Source: a virus | UHGV virus genome: UHGV-1688525 | Direction: 5' to 3' (one strand) | Length of the DNA: 10,903 bases | Shown: one piece after another, positions 1 through 7,905 of the stretch | How positions within the stretch are numbered: the stretch's first letter is position 1 | How the letters are laid out: every line of letters begins with the position of its first letter | Notes under the pieces: generated by a model | Told to the model about the DNA's origin: nothing | Databases searched by the model: none | What the model saw: only the letters and a program-made list of their open reading frames with translations | Position numbers and translations under genes: made by a program

Positions 1-552
1 ATAACCGCACTCATCACCGCGATAGGTCCAGGTGCAGGTGTTGGCCAGCATGATGCGCCCCGGAAAAACAGCACCATCCGTTTCCGTCGGTGTGGAGAGC
101 ACAAAGGAGGCACTGACCGCACTCAGTTCGCTGCACTGCTCGATGCGCCAGCGGCTGATCACCTCCTGCTCCGGATCGGCGTCGCTGTTTCCGTTGACGA
201 AGTTCACCGCATCCAGAAAACGGGCGTAAACCTTACGCCTGACCACCGTTCCGCCGACCAGACTCTGCAGGTCTTCCGCCATCCCGGTGACCATGCCGTG
301 CAGGTTAGAGACCGTCAGTGTCGGACGGGTAGCACTACCCTTACCGTTCAGTTCAAATCCCGTCCCCTGAATAGGGTATACCTGATACTGCCGCCCCTGC
401 CAGGTGACCGGCTCACCTTTTTCGTTCTGCTCATTACAGAAAAAATAACGTTCACCACCGACCTCTGTCAGATCGATTTCCCAGAGCACCACCTGGGCTG
501 ACTGAGTAAGGCGTGTCGTCTCATGATGTGTTTCCTGTCGTATGTCCTGCAT
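1..552 (-). CDS. L: Minor tail protein L (tail tip assembly), 3'-truncated by the window edge; 184 codons visible
   Basis: Reverse-complement translation from ATG at 552..550 reads [57 protein letters not shown]..., which matches phage lambda gpL as I recall it nearly residue for residue. The start overlaps the M stop by one base (TGATG). Open to position 1. The plus-strand ORFs 32..229 and 298..501 are antisense artefacts. Confidence 0.88.
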   Translation of the reverse strand, partial: MQDIRQETHHETTRLTQSAQVVLWEIDLTEVGGERYFFCNEQNEKGEPVTWQGRQYQVYPIQGTGFELNGKGSATRPTLTVSNLHGMVTGMAEDLQSLVGGTVVRRKVYARFLDAVNFVNGNSDADPEQEVISRWRIEQCSELSAVSASFVLSTPTETDGAVFPGRIMLANTCTWTYRGDECGY

Positions 553-890
553 CAGATCACCACTTCGTCAAACTGACACGAAAAATCGGTATAGGTGATA
601 TGTTCTGTCGCTGACCACGTTCGACACACCACTCTGATTTTTCTGTTAATACCCGGCGGGCGCCAAAAAAAAGATTTATAGCCTCCATGCCGAGCCAGAA
701 ACAGTTCAAATGAATTACGTTCATTCGCCTCAACCCTGAAATCACAGGTAAAAACACGCAGAGAATGATTAAGTCCGTTTGGGCTTCGTTGTTCATAACC
801 ATCGCCAAATCTTACAGTTTTTATCGATGGCTTATTTTCTGTTTTCATTCCATCCTCTGGTAACCAGTAAAATTCTTCCGTATTAGCCAC
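552..890 (-). CDS. M: Minor tail protein M (lambda gpM-like), 112 aa
   Basis: Motifs [28 protein letters not shown] and C-terminal FDEVVI match lambda gpM as recalled (VRFGDGYSQRAPAGLN, HGGWKSFLWTPP, FEQVVN). Position between the tape measure gene and L fits. GTG start at 890 has a strong SD (GGAGGA, 7-nt spacer); an alternative ATG at 848 would give 98 aa. Confidence 0.82.
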   Translation of the reverse strand: MANTEEFYWLPEDGMKTENKPSIKTVRFGDGYEQRSPNGLNHSLRVFTCDFRVEANERNSFELFLARHGGYKSFFWRPPGINRKIRVVCRTWSATEHITYTDFSCQFDEVVI

Positions 891-3800
891 TTAACATTCC
901 TCCATCACGTCGCATATTTAACAGAGCGCCCTGCACCCGCTGATCAACCATCCCCATAAGTGCTTTTATTGCCTGAGGACCAATCTCTCCATTCTGGCCG
1001 TCATTTTGAATAGTGATTTGGTATACAGGGGCATAAGTAATATCTCTGCCTCCATTACCACTTTTACTATTAATAGCTCTGACACCAAGAGAACCATCGG
1101 AAGTTCGCGTTAATGGCATAATAGCTTCCGGTCCAGCCTCACCAAAAACACCAGCTCCTTTTGCAAAAGCAAAAAATTGCGGGGAGTCATAAATACCGTT
1201 CGAATATGTACTCAATGACGGAGACTCATAAACACCGCCCTTTGCATTCGGAATAAATTTACTAATAGCACTCCCGATAGTTCCTAAAATACCCCCAGAA
1301 GAACTGTTACTAATGCTGTCGAAAATCCCAGTAATTGAAGCCTTTAATGCAATTCGACTAAGATCTGAAATCACGGAAGTAGCGAAAGAACGAAAATTTG
1401 CCTTGCCTGTCGTGACAAAATCACCTAGCGCATCGGTCATCCCATCAAACATCTGAGTCGTGGTTGATTTTATTTGCGCACCGATATCCTTAGTGTCATC
1501 CAGCCAGTTATTGAATCCCTGGGAGGCACCACTAATCCAGTCTCCTGCCTGAATATCGAGCTGCTCGTTTTTCTGGCTGACAATTTCTTTTTCTCGCTCC
1601 AGAGCATCATTCAGAGCCTGCATTTTCTCCTGAAAAACATGATTTGACATTCCACGGGATTTATCTGCATAGTCACGTTCAAGTTGCAGACGCTGATTGT
1701 TATATTCACGTTCAATCCGCAGTAATTCCTGCTGGCGTTGCTGATTTTTATCGCCAACCCCATAACCAGCAATCTGAATATCATACCCCTGCTGACGATT
1801 ATCAATCGAAGCCTGCAATGAATCACGCCATGCGGCTATTTCGGCGGATTCTTTGATTAGCCTGTTATTTTTTTCAATCGCAACATTTTTCTCCATCAAC
1901 GCGGTTATTTCTTCCCGGTGTAAGAGAAGCGATTTCTGATCCTGGGTTAATTTCGATGACGGTCGTGACTCCAGGTCGGCAATCTGCTGACGCCACTTAA
2001 CCAGTTCCTGTTCAGAGGAACTTAATTTAACGGTCAATTCAGCTTGTGAACTTAGTAACGCATTCTGTTGATTCAGATGATCAATCATTCGTTGGGCAGC
2101 ATCATCCGAATAACCTTTCGCCTTTGGTTGCTTTGGATCTTTATAACGCTCATTTATTTGAGCGATAAGATTATTATATTCTTCCTTTGAATACTGATTC
2201 TTTAGCTTTTCCAGTTTTGCAAGTTCACTAGCTCTCTGCTGCTCCCGGGTCTGATATTGTTTTGAAAAAGCATCTGCTCTCTGTCTGAGTTCAATTCCTT
2301 CCTGTTGTCGCTTGTTGTAATCGTTTATTGATGAATTTAGTACGTCCTGAGCAATTTTTTCTGCTTGAAGTACGCCCAATTGCTGCTTTAATCGTGCCAG
2401 CTTTTTATTTTGAGCTCCGCCATCTCCAATGCCACCTAACCCGAAAACTCCGGGTCGGGTATTTTTTTCTATTTCATCAATTTGACGGAGAACATCTGAG
2501 ATTTTTTGATCAAGAGAGGCCTCACGGCCAATATCCAGCATGGAATCCCATGCCCATTTTGCGGAGTCTGCGACAGCTTTCCATGCAGTCTCAAGATAAC
2601 CAAGATTTTCTTTAATCTGGTTGGTGCGCTGGATCATTGAGGATGAGTATGCTTCTGTCGCAATGCGGGCGGCCTCCTGCTGGTTCCCTTCATCCTGTAG
2701 CGCCTTAATCTGGTTATAAGTCGCAAGTGTCAGAAAATGGTACTGATCATTAAGTTTTGATATAGCACTGACAGGATCCTTTGCAATTTCATTGAAGTCA
2801 TTAACCAGTTGTTCGGTTGATATTCCTGTTACTTCGCTCGTTTTTACTATCGCTGTCGTCACTTGCTCCAGCGAACTGCTCGCTACCTTTCCCGAACGCA
2901 CAAGCTGGTTTAATACTGCCGCCGCAGCGCCAGTTGTCGAATCAGCCGCATTCCCGGCACGTTGAGCTATATCGGCCAATTGCCCGCTGGTTGTCCCCAA
3001 CTGATTTCCGGTAAGAATAAGAGATTTATTAAATTCGTCCTGCTCCTGAGAGCCTTTATAGTAAGCCAGCCCTAAGACGCCAACGGCTGCTGCGGCCAGG
3101 GTAAAAGGATTAATTAATCCCAGCACATAAGAACCTACACCTTTGATCGCCGGGCCAATCCCACCGAACATATCTTTTAGCTGGCCGCCCTGCTGCATTA
3201 ACACCATAAATGGCGACTGACCAGTGGACAACCCAACAACAATATCCGTCATTTGTGCAGGCAACATGCGCATAGCAAAAGCCGTTTGTTTTGCCGACAT
3301 TCCGGTTTTGCTTAATTGCGATTGAGTAACCTCAAGCTCACTCCGCATAGCACGAAGTTTTCCAGAAAGCTCCTCATACATTTCAGGAGAAAGCATCCCC
3401 TTAGCTTTTGCTTCATTGAGCTGTTTCTGTTGTTCTACCAGACGATTAAAAGCAGTTCCGACAGGATCAAGTTGAGCAATCAGACGTTGCAAAGCAGCAA
3501 CCTGTTCATCATGTGCTTTTGCTGCTTCTCGCTCTGCCTGAGCCTCTCCGGTAAGCTCTCGCCGTGTTTCCTGTATTTTTCGGCTATAATTCTCAAACTG
3601 AGAACCATTTATTTTCCCGGATGCAAACGCAGCATTAAGTTCATCCTGCTGTTGTTCAAGATTTCTTAGCGCCGCAGCCAGAGGGTCGATCTTGTCCAGC
3701 ATTCTTTGAAAGACCTGAGCCTGCGCTTCCTGCTGGGCGGCAGCAAGTTTTCCGGCCCTCTCGGCTTCTCTCTGCGCTTGCGCAACCCCGCTCAATTCCT

Positions 3801-4116
3801 CTGTGGTTTCATTAAGTTTACGGACAAGAAATTCATATTCTTCTTTATCAATAAGCCCTTTATCGAAAAATTTCTTTAATTCAGAATAGCGTCGACCGAC
3901 AGTATCAATTGCGGCACCAACTGGATCAATAGCTGCTTTTAATTTTGCGAGCGCGTTCTTCTCATCTTCTGTTGCCTTAGTCACTTTCCCTGCGCTATTT
4001 GCAGCAGTTTCCCCAGCCTGCGTCATTTTGACTAATGAGGAGGCCAGATTGTCAGCATTATTTTTCGCTCCAGTGCTATCAATAATTATTGCGAGACGCG
4101 AGGTTTGCTCTGCCAT
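883..4116 (-). CDS. Tail tape measure protein, 1077 aa
   Basis: Single long ORF lying between the chaperone pair and M. N-terminal half is Ala/Gln/Glu-rich predicted coiled coil. Central hydrophobic glycine-rich segment ([22 protein letters not shown]...[14 protein letters not shown]). C-terminal region resembles the lambda gpH C-terminus ([20 protein letters not shown]...RDGGMLSG). ATG at 4116 is preceded by AGGAG. Confidence 0.9.
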   Translation of the reverse strand: MAEQTSRLAIIIDSTGAKNNADNLASSLVKMTQAGETAANSAGKVTKATEDEKNALAKLKAAIDPVGAAIDTVGRRYSELKKFFDKGLIDKEEYEFLVRKLNETTEELSGVAQAQREAERAGKLAAAQQEAQAQVFQRMLDKIDPLAAALRNLEQQQDELNAAFASGKINGSQFENYSRKIQETRRELTGEAQAEREAAKAHDEQVAALQRLIAQLDPVGTAFNRLVEQQKQLNEAKAKGMLSPEMYEELSGKLRAMRSELEVTQSQLSKTGMSAKQTAFAMRMLPAQMTDIVVGLSTGQSPFMVLMQQGGQLKDMFGGIGPAIKGVGSYVLGLINPFTLAAAAVGVLGLAYYKGSQEQDEFNKSLILTGNQLGTTSGQLADIAQRAGNAADSTTGAAAAVLNQLVRSGKVASSSLEQVTTAIVKTSEVTGISTEQLVNDFNEIAKDPVSAISKLNDQYHFLTLATYNQIKALQDEGNQQEAARIATEAYSSSMIQRTNQIKENLGYLETAWKAVADSAKWAWDSMLDIGREASLDQKISDVLRQIDEIEKNTRPGVFGLGGIGDGGAQNKKLARLKQQLGVLQAEKIAQDVLNSSINDYNKRQQEGIELRQRADAFSKQYQTREQQRASELAKLEKLKNQYSKEEYNNLIAQINERYKDPKQPKAKGYSDDAAQRMIDHLNQQNALLSSQAELTVKLSSSEQELVKWRQQIADLESRPSSKLTQDQKSLLLHREEITALMEKNVAIEKNNRLIKESAEIAAWRDSLQASIDNRQQGYDIQIAGYGVGDKNQQRQQELLRIEREYNNQRLQLERDYADKSRGMSNHVFQEKMQALNDALEREKEIVSQKNEQLDIQAGDWISGASQGFNNWLDDTKDIGAQIKSTTTQMFDGMTDALGDFVTTGKANFRSFATSVISDLSRIALKASITGIFDSISNSSSGGILGTIGSAISKFIPNAKGGVYESPSLSTYSNGIYDSPQFFAFAKGAGVFGEAGPEAIMPLTRTSDGSLGVRAINSKSGNGGRDITYAPVYQITIQNDGQNGEIGPQAIKALMGMVDQRVQGALLNMRRDGGMLSG

Positions 4117-4130
4117 TCATTAAAACTCCT

Positions 4131-4160
4131 GACAACAAAAAACCCACCGAAGTGGGTTTC
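4131..4160 (-). terminator. Intrinsic terminator-like hairpin on the minus-strand transcript, immediately upstream of the tape measure SD
   Basis: Minus-strand RNA reads AAACCCAC-UUCG-GUGGGUUU followed by UUUGUUGUC: an 8-bp stem, UUCG tetraloop and U-tract. Read directly from sequence; no folding energy computed. Confidence 0.5.
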
Positions 4161-4279
4161 AGGCGACATAATAGTAGATATAGCGATTACGAGGCCACGC
4201 AATGCTTTTCTCCAGGAGCATCATCGATTTAATTAAAGACACCATCACATCTCTGTAACAGAGTGTACGTAATTAACAA

Positions 4280-5037
4280 CTACACACACTGCTCCTGAAA
4301 ATACTGGTCATCCAGTGCAAAGATCACTGCTTCAAATTCATCGCGCTCAATCAATACCGGATGAGTGGCTAAATATTCATTTATCTCTGTCAGAGATAAA
4401 GGCAAAGGCACCCCAGTCATTCCAGCATAACGTCGGGCACGGGATATTACCGAATAGGCGTACAACAATTCCTTAAGCACCGGGTCTATTTCTGGTTCCG
4501 GTATCGGTGGCAACCTGAGTTTTTCTCGCTTCCATCTTGCCTTTTCACCCTTTTCTCCCCCGAACTCCGATAACCACCGCTGGGCGGCTATGGCTTTTTT
4601 ATCGTATCCTGCTTCTGCTGCTCTTTACCCTGGGCGATGCTGACTGCTTCTGCAAGGATCTGCCAGTACAACTCCGGATTCTGCTTAAGCAGCGCGATCC
4701 CTCGTTCTGGCGTATATTCCAGTGCAACCTCAACACCATCAACCAGTTCACCAACCCCTTTCCAGTCTTTCAGCAGATAACGAGCAGCATTATCAATGAG
4801 TAAATCATCAACAGAATCCACCTCGGAAACCTTTGCAATATCAAACTCCTTCGTTCCGACGTGCAAACTGGCATCCATTTTCTCAATGTGGCGACGGATT
4901 AATGCATTACGGGAGCGATACTGATCGTTATCGCTGCTTGCCACCAACAGTTTTAACCCGTCTACAGGTTTTAAGTCCTTCATTGGGGTAAACCAGCGTT
5001 CACCACCGATGATAATTTTCTGATTAAGAATAAACAT
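4280..5037 (-). CDS. Tail assembly chaperone GT-type fusion made by -1 programmed ribosomal frameshift; T-like extension is the 4280..4513 ORF
   Basis: The -1 frame after the heptamer A_AAA_AAG (4600..4594) is open with no stop and continues KKAIAAQRWLSEFGGEKGEKARWKREKLRLPPIPEPEIDPVLKELL... into the 4280..4513 ORF. That ORF has no ATG or SD of its own; its listed start is a TTG. Confidence 0.65.
4588..5037 (-). CDS. Tail assembly chaperone (lambda G-analogous), zero-frame product
   Basis: Sits directly upstream of the tape measure gene and downstream of the tube gene. ATG at 5037 has a GAGG SD 6 nt upstream (the track's ATG at 5049 has no SD). Ends with a slippery heptamer two codons before its TAG stop. 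Confidence 0.72.
   Translation of the reverse strand: MFILNQKIIIGGERWFTPMKDLKPVDGLKLLVASSDNDQYRSRNALIRRHIEKMDASLHVGTKEFDIAKVSEVDSVDDLLIDNAARYLLKDWKGVGELVDGVEVALEYTPERGIALLKQNPELYWQILAEAVSIAQGKEQQKQDTIKKP
4594..4600 (-). other. -1 frameshift slippery heptanucleotide A_AAA_AAG
   Basis: Minus-strand codons GAT ACG ATA AAA AAG CCA TAG; the X_XXY_YYZ motif is A_AAA_AAG, the same heptamer used by E. coli dnaX. Confidence 0.65.
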
Positions 5038-5058
5038 CCATAACCTCATTCAATGCGC

Positions 5059-5085
5059 CCCCCTGTAGTGCAGTACCACAGGGGG
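5059..5085. repeat. GC-rich perfect inverted repeat (8-bp stem, 11-nt loop) between the tube gene stop and the chaperone start
   Basis: Plus strand ccccctgt-agtgcagtacc-acaggggg. No U-tract follows on either strand, so it is not a classical intrinsic terminator. Confidence 0.45.
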
Positions 5086-5097
5086 AATAACGGAAAA

Positions 5098-6060
5098 TCA
5101 ACTAATCGCCTCAGCACTGGCTTTTGCGATCACGGCAGCCGGGGAGGCTTTTTTTCTGGTTATCGTAGGTGCTTCATCTGCTGCGGTAATGCTCAATTGA
5201 ACCTGGATAATGTCGGTATTACCCCCATCAGGCCATTCACCTGACACCTGAACCTTCGGGAAACTGAAAGTGTATGCCCCCTCTCCATTCGAAAGCGTGA
5301 AGCTGAACGGAACTGTTTCTCCAGTCAGTGTTTTACTCCAGATTTCCCACGCGGCTTTAGACCATGAAAGCGTCACCGTACCGGACGGTGTAAAAGTAGT
5401 CGGAATATTTGCTCCTGCATAAGGCGAGCCAGTCCCGATACAACGCTGTGTCTGGAGTTTGTTATCGAACTGAATATCAAAACTGTCGATACAAAAACCG
5501 TTACCTCCGGCAACACCATTCAGGCTTACTGCTGAAACCTCCTTAAACGAATAACGTAGCTTTCCTGCACTATCCACAGGTTCGCCTTTGATAAAATTCG
5601 TATCATCGGCCTTTGATTCCCAGTCCAGCCCGGCAAAGGTTACGGTCGCCGTAATATCGCCGTCGTTAGGGATCTGCATTTTCCATGAGCCAACCTGCGC
5701 TCCTCTGACAACAGAGGCAATTCCGACATCGGACGCATAGGTCGCCAGAGAAAATGTTATTCGCTCATTCCCCATTGTCAGAGAATCACCTGACCATTCC
5801 GCGCCGAAACAGGATGCAAGAAAATCATCATGTTGACCCCAGCGAAATTTGGTACCAACATCACCGCCAACATCCACAGTGCCAGGCGTCGCCCCCTGAG
5901 CCATCCGGGAGCCACCAATCTCATTATTTTCGCCTTTATTCTGGGTGGGTTTTACTCCCCAGCTTGTGCGTTTTAATAAACTCCAGTCACCACTTGCTGG
6001 TGTGGCGCCTGCAACTGTCTCCCGGATAAATGCCGAGATAACCTTTGCACCTGAACTCAC
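5098..6060 (-). CDS. Major tail (tube) protein, 320 aa
   Basis: Synteny: sits between the tail terminator-like gene and the chaperone pair. GTG start at 6060 has a strong SD (GGAGG, 5-nt spacer). No recognisable similarity to lambda gpV as recalled, so the call is positional. Confidence 0.62.
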   Translation of the reverse strand: MSSGAKVISAFIRETVAGATPASGDWSLLKRTSWGVKPTQNKGENNEIGGSRMAQGATPGTVDVGGDVGTKFRWGQHDDFLASCFGAEWSGDSLTMGNERITFSLATYASDVGIASVVRGAQVGSWKMQIPNDGDITATVTFAGLDWESKADDTNFIKGEPVDSAGKLRYSFKEVSAVSLNGVAGGNGFCIDSFDIQFDNKLQTQRCIGTGSPYAGANIPTTFTPSGTVTLSWSKAAWEIWSKTLTGETVPFSFTLSNGEGAYTFSFPKVQVSGEWPDGGNTDIIQVQLSITAADEAPTITRKKASPAAVIAKASAEAIS

Positions 6061-6086
6061 AGGAGCCTCCTATGTCATTAATTGCG

Positions 6087-6479
6087 CTAGAGCGCGCGAT
6101 ATGGAATTTGAAGATTAAGCTGGAACCAGCCATTCTTTTCGCCAACGGTTATTGAGGAAACAGCCTGGTAACTGAGACGGTCGTCATCCTGAAACTCAAA
6201 CAGTTCCCGCAATTTATCGGCTGTCTCAGTAATGAGTTTTGAACCAGAACCTGCGGGGACAAATAACTGAATAATGATTATCCCCGTGCGATAAACAACC
6301 GGCCCCGCGCCAATTTCATTAACTCCAGCCTGCCCGGGAATATTACTTAACCGCGCCCAGATTAACTTACCGGAAGGATCGAACGTTGGCCCGTTCGGAT
6401 ACAATACGTCTTTTCCATTAATAACCGTCTGTGCCGTCATTCTGGAAATGACCGTATTTCTGATTTCAGTAAACGTCAT
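6087..6479 (-). CDS. Tail terminator protein (lambda gpU-analogous by position), 130 aa
   Basis: Position immediately upstream of the tube gene. ATG at 6479 overlaps the stop of the preceding gene (ATGA), indicating translational coupling. Size typical of the family. Confidence 0.5.
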   Translation of the reverse strand: MTFTEIRNTVISRMTAQTVINGKDVLYPNGPTFDPSGKLIWARLSNIPGQAGVNEIGAGPVVYRTGIIIIQLFVPAGSGSKLITETADKLRELFEFQDDDRLSYQAVSSITVGEKNGWFQLNLQIPYRAL

Positions 6480-6856
6480 TTGTAAGCCTGTAAAACACCA
6501 TGAAAAGCGTTGGCATACACGCCAGTTGGCGCTTGTTGTGAATGACCGTTTTCAAGAGCCTCTGCATAAGGAAGGTTATTCTGGATATAAATAATTCCGT
6601 AATTTGCAGCTTTCGAAATAACCCCGATCCCACGCTGAACCGCAATCGTACCGTTCGGATCCACGTTATCAGATATACCAAAATCGGGATGCTGTAACGA
6701 CACCATGTTGTTATTTCTGAAACGCCCGGTATCAACCGGAGCAGCAATATCGATAGCAGTAAGAATCTGAATAGCGATGTAGCGAATTTTCAGCCCCACA
6801 TCTTCCTCAATCATCCCGGCAAATATTGACGGTTCGATATCCCATGCCTTTGCCAT
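6476..6856 (-). CDS. Tail completion / neck protein (HK97 gp10-like or lambda Z-analogous by position), 126 aa
   Basis: ATG at 6856 with AAGGAG SD; directly abuts the previous stop (TAAATG). Synteny only. Confidence 0.48.
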   Translation of the reverse strand: MAKAWDIEPSIFAGMIEEDVGLKIRYIAIQILTAIDIAAPVDTGRFRNNNMVSLQHPDFGISDNVDPNGTIAVQRGIGVISKAANYGIIYIQNNLPYAEALENGHSQQAPTGVYANAFHGVLQAYK

Positions 6857-7243
6857 TTACGCTCTCCTTAACTGGATTGAGTAAACTGATGCGGAAGGAT
6901 CTACACTCGCTGTAATTACCTCGTATCGTTGCAACTGCCTTGATACAGGATCATAAATCTCAATAATATGGCCGACAGCGGGTTTATCCGTAACCTCGCA
7001 TACCAGAGCTGTTAATTTAAGGTCACCATGCAAAATATTAATCCCATCAATTCTGCCCAGCTTATAACGCGTCAACACGCCTCGCCCGGTATAGGTTGCT
7101 GTGGATTCGCCGCCAGTTTCCGTCACAGGATCCCAGTTCCGGTGCGTAACGTAAGAACCAGAAAAATCACTCACGGCGTCTGCTAAATCCTCATCAAAAG
7201 CAGCGGCAACCTCTGACTGAATCTCTTCACGAAGCCCCATCAT
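6857..7243 (-). CDS. Head closure / head-tail joining protein (by position), 128 aa
   Basis: ATGATG start at 7243 overlaps the upstream stop (ATGA); G-rich SD upstream. Synteny only. Confidence 0.48.
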   Translation of the reverse strand: MMGLREEIQSEVAAAFDEDLADAVSDFSGSYVTHRNWDPVTETGGESTATYTGRGVLTRYKLGRIDGINILHGDLKLTALVCEVTDKPAVGHIIEIYDPVSRQLQRYEVITASVDPSASVYSIQLRRA

Positions 7244-7635
7244 CCCCCCCTCACAACCCTGACTTGTGAGCGACTAAGTCCGTACGGTTTCAGCAGTGCT
7301 ATCGCAAGCTGTAAATCGGGTTCAAGCAATGCAGTGCTGTTTGCTGGCAATTCAGCAAATGATTTCGATACACTGACCCCGTCAGCCGACACGGTTTTAC
7401 TGATAACAACGCCAGAATCATTTTTCTGCTGAAACAACTTACCGACAGAGGCAATTCTGGCTGCATATGCTCCCGCAAGTTTTACCTCTTCCGGAATACG
7501 GGATGGGTTAATTTTCAGGCCGAAGCCATTAAGCCAGGCATTAGCCATTAAAACAGCTTTATTTTTAGCGTTCTCACTCGTCCAGGCGTTCCCAAACGCA
7601 TTATCAACGTCATCACAGGTCACGTAAGTGATCAT
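7240..7635 (-). CDS. Head-tail connector / adaptor protein (gp6-like by position), 131 aa
   Basis: ATG at 7635 with AGGAG SD at a 6-nt spacer. First of the neck genes after the capsid gene. Confidence 0.48.
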   Translation of the reverse strand: MITYVTCDDVDNAFGNAWTSENAKNKAVLMANAWLNGFGLKINPSRIPEEVKLAGAYAARIASVGKLFQQKNDSGVVISKTVSADGVSVSKSFAELPANSTALLEPDLQLAIALLKPYGLSRSQVRVVRGG

Positions 7636-7638
7636 GTG

Positions 7639-7863
7639 TTACTCCTGAGTTTTCCAGCCCAGAGCCTTCCAGTTGTCAACTTCATCAGGATGAACATTAG
7701 CGATAGTTGGTGCGCCGGGAAACATCTGATAATCGGTCACCATAACCACTAACTCAATTTGCGTTTTTTGTGGCTCCTGAATTTGCTCCACATTTTGCTC
7801 CACCACTGCATTTTTTTGCGCGGCTTCACGCTGTGCTCTTTGCTCTTTAGTTAATCCGGCCAT
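7639..7863 (-). CDS. Small hypothetical protein, 74 aa, unknown function
   Basis: ATG at 7863 with GGAGG SD (short spacer); sits between the capsid-downstream terminator and the connector gene. Charged Gln/Glu-rich N-terminus (TKEQRAQREAAQKNAVVEQNVEQIQEPQ). No family recognised. Confidence 0.5.
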   Translation of the reverse strand: MAGLTKEQRAQREAAQKNAVVEQNVEQIQEPQKTQIELVVMVTDYQMFPGAPTIANVHPDEVDNWKALGWKTQE

Positions 7864-7872
7864 ATACCCTCC

Positions 7873-7899
7873 ATTAAAAATGGGGCCGAAGCCCCGTTT
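7873..7899 (-). terminator. Intrinsic terminator-like hairpin directly downstream of the major capsid gene
   Basis: Minus-strand RNA GGGGC-UUCG-GCCCC followed by AUUUUUAA; the stem can extend with A-U pairs. Begins 10 nt after the capsid stop, and its U-tract overlaps the SD of the next gene. Confidence 0.5.
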
Positions 7900-7905
7900 G
7901 GATGT

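Noticed and set aside
32-501. Plus-strand ORFs 32..229 and 298..501
   Set aside because: They lie antisense to the minus-strand L gene, whose translation matches lambda gpL nearly exactly. Shadow ORFs.
557-808. Minus-strand 83-aa ORF overlapping M in another frame
   Set aside because: Fully nested in the M gene, which has recognisable gpM motifs. Alternate-frame artefact.
848-890. Alternative downstream ATG start (848) for M
   Set aside because: Not excluded, but the GTG at 890 has the stronger SD and gives a length (112 aa) closer to lambda gpM (109 aa as recalled). Kept as an alternative only.
1611-1826. Minus-strand 71-aa ORF nested in the tape measure gene
   Set aside because: Alternate frame within the tape measure gene; hydrophobic low-complexity translation with no independent support.
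1644-3669. Plus-strand ORFs inside the tape measure gene (1644..1856, 2328..2615, 2817..3014, 3316..3669)
   Set aside because: Antisense to a continuous 1077-codon minus-strand ORF. Translations are low-complexity and rich in Leu, Phe and Ser, typical of the reverse strand of an AT-rich gene, with no convincing SD/start context.
4537-4803. Plus-strand 88-aa ORF across the chaperone/frameshift region
   Set aside because: Antisense to the chaperone and GT coding sequence.
5053-6029. Plus-strand ORFs 5053..5244 and 5754..6029
   Set aside because: Antisense to the major tail protein gene.
6466-6747. Minus-strand 93-aa ORF overlapping the 6476..6856 gene
   Set aside because: Alternate frame of a gene that is cleanly translationally coupled to its neighbours.
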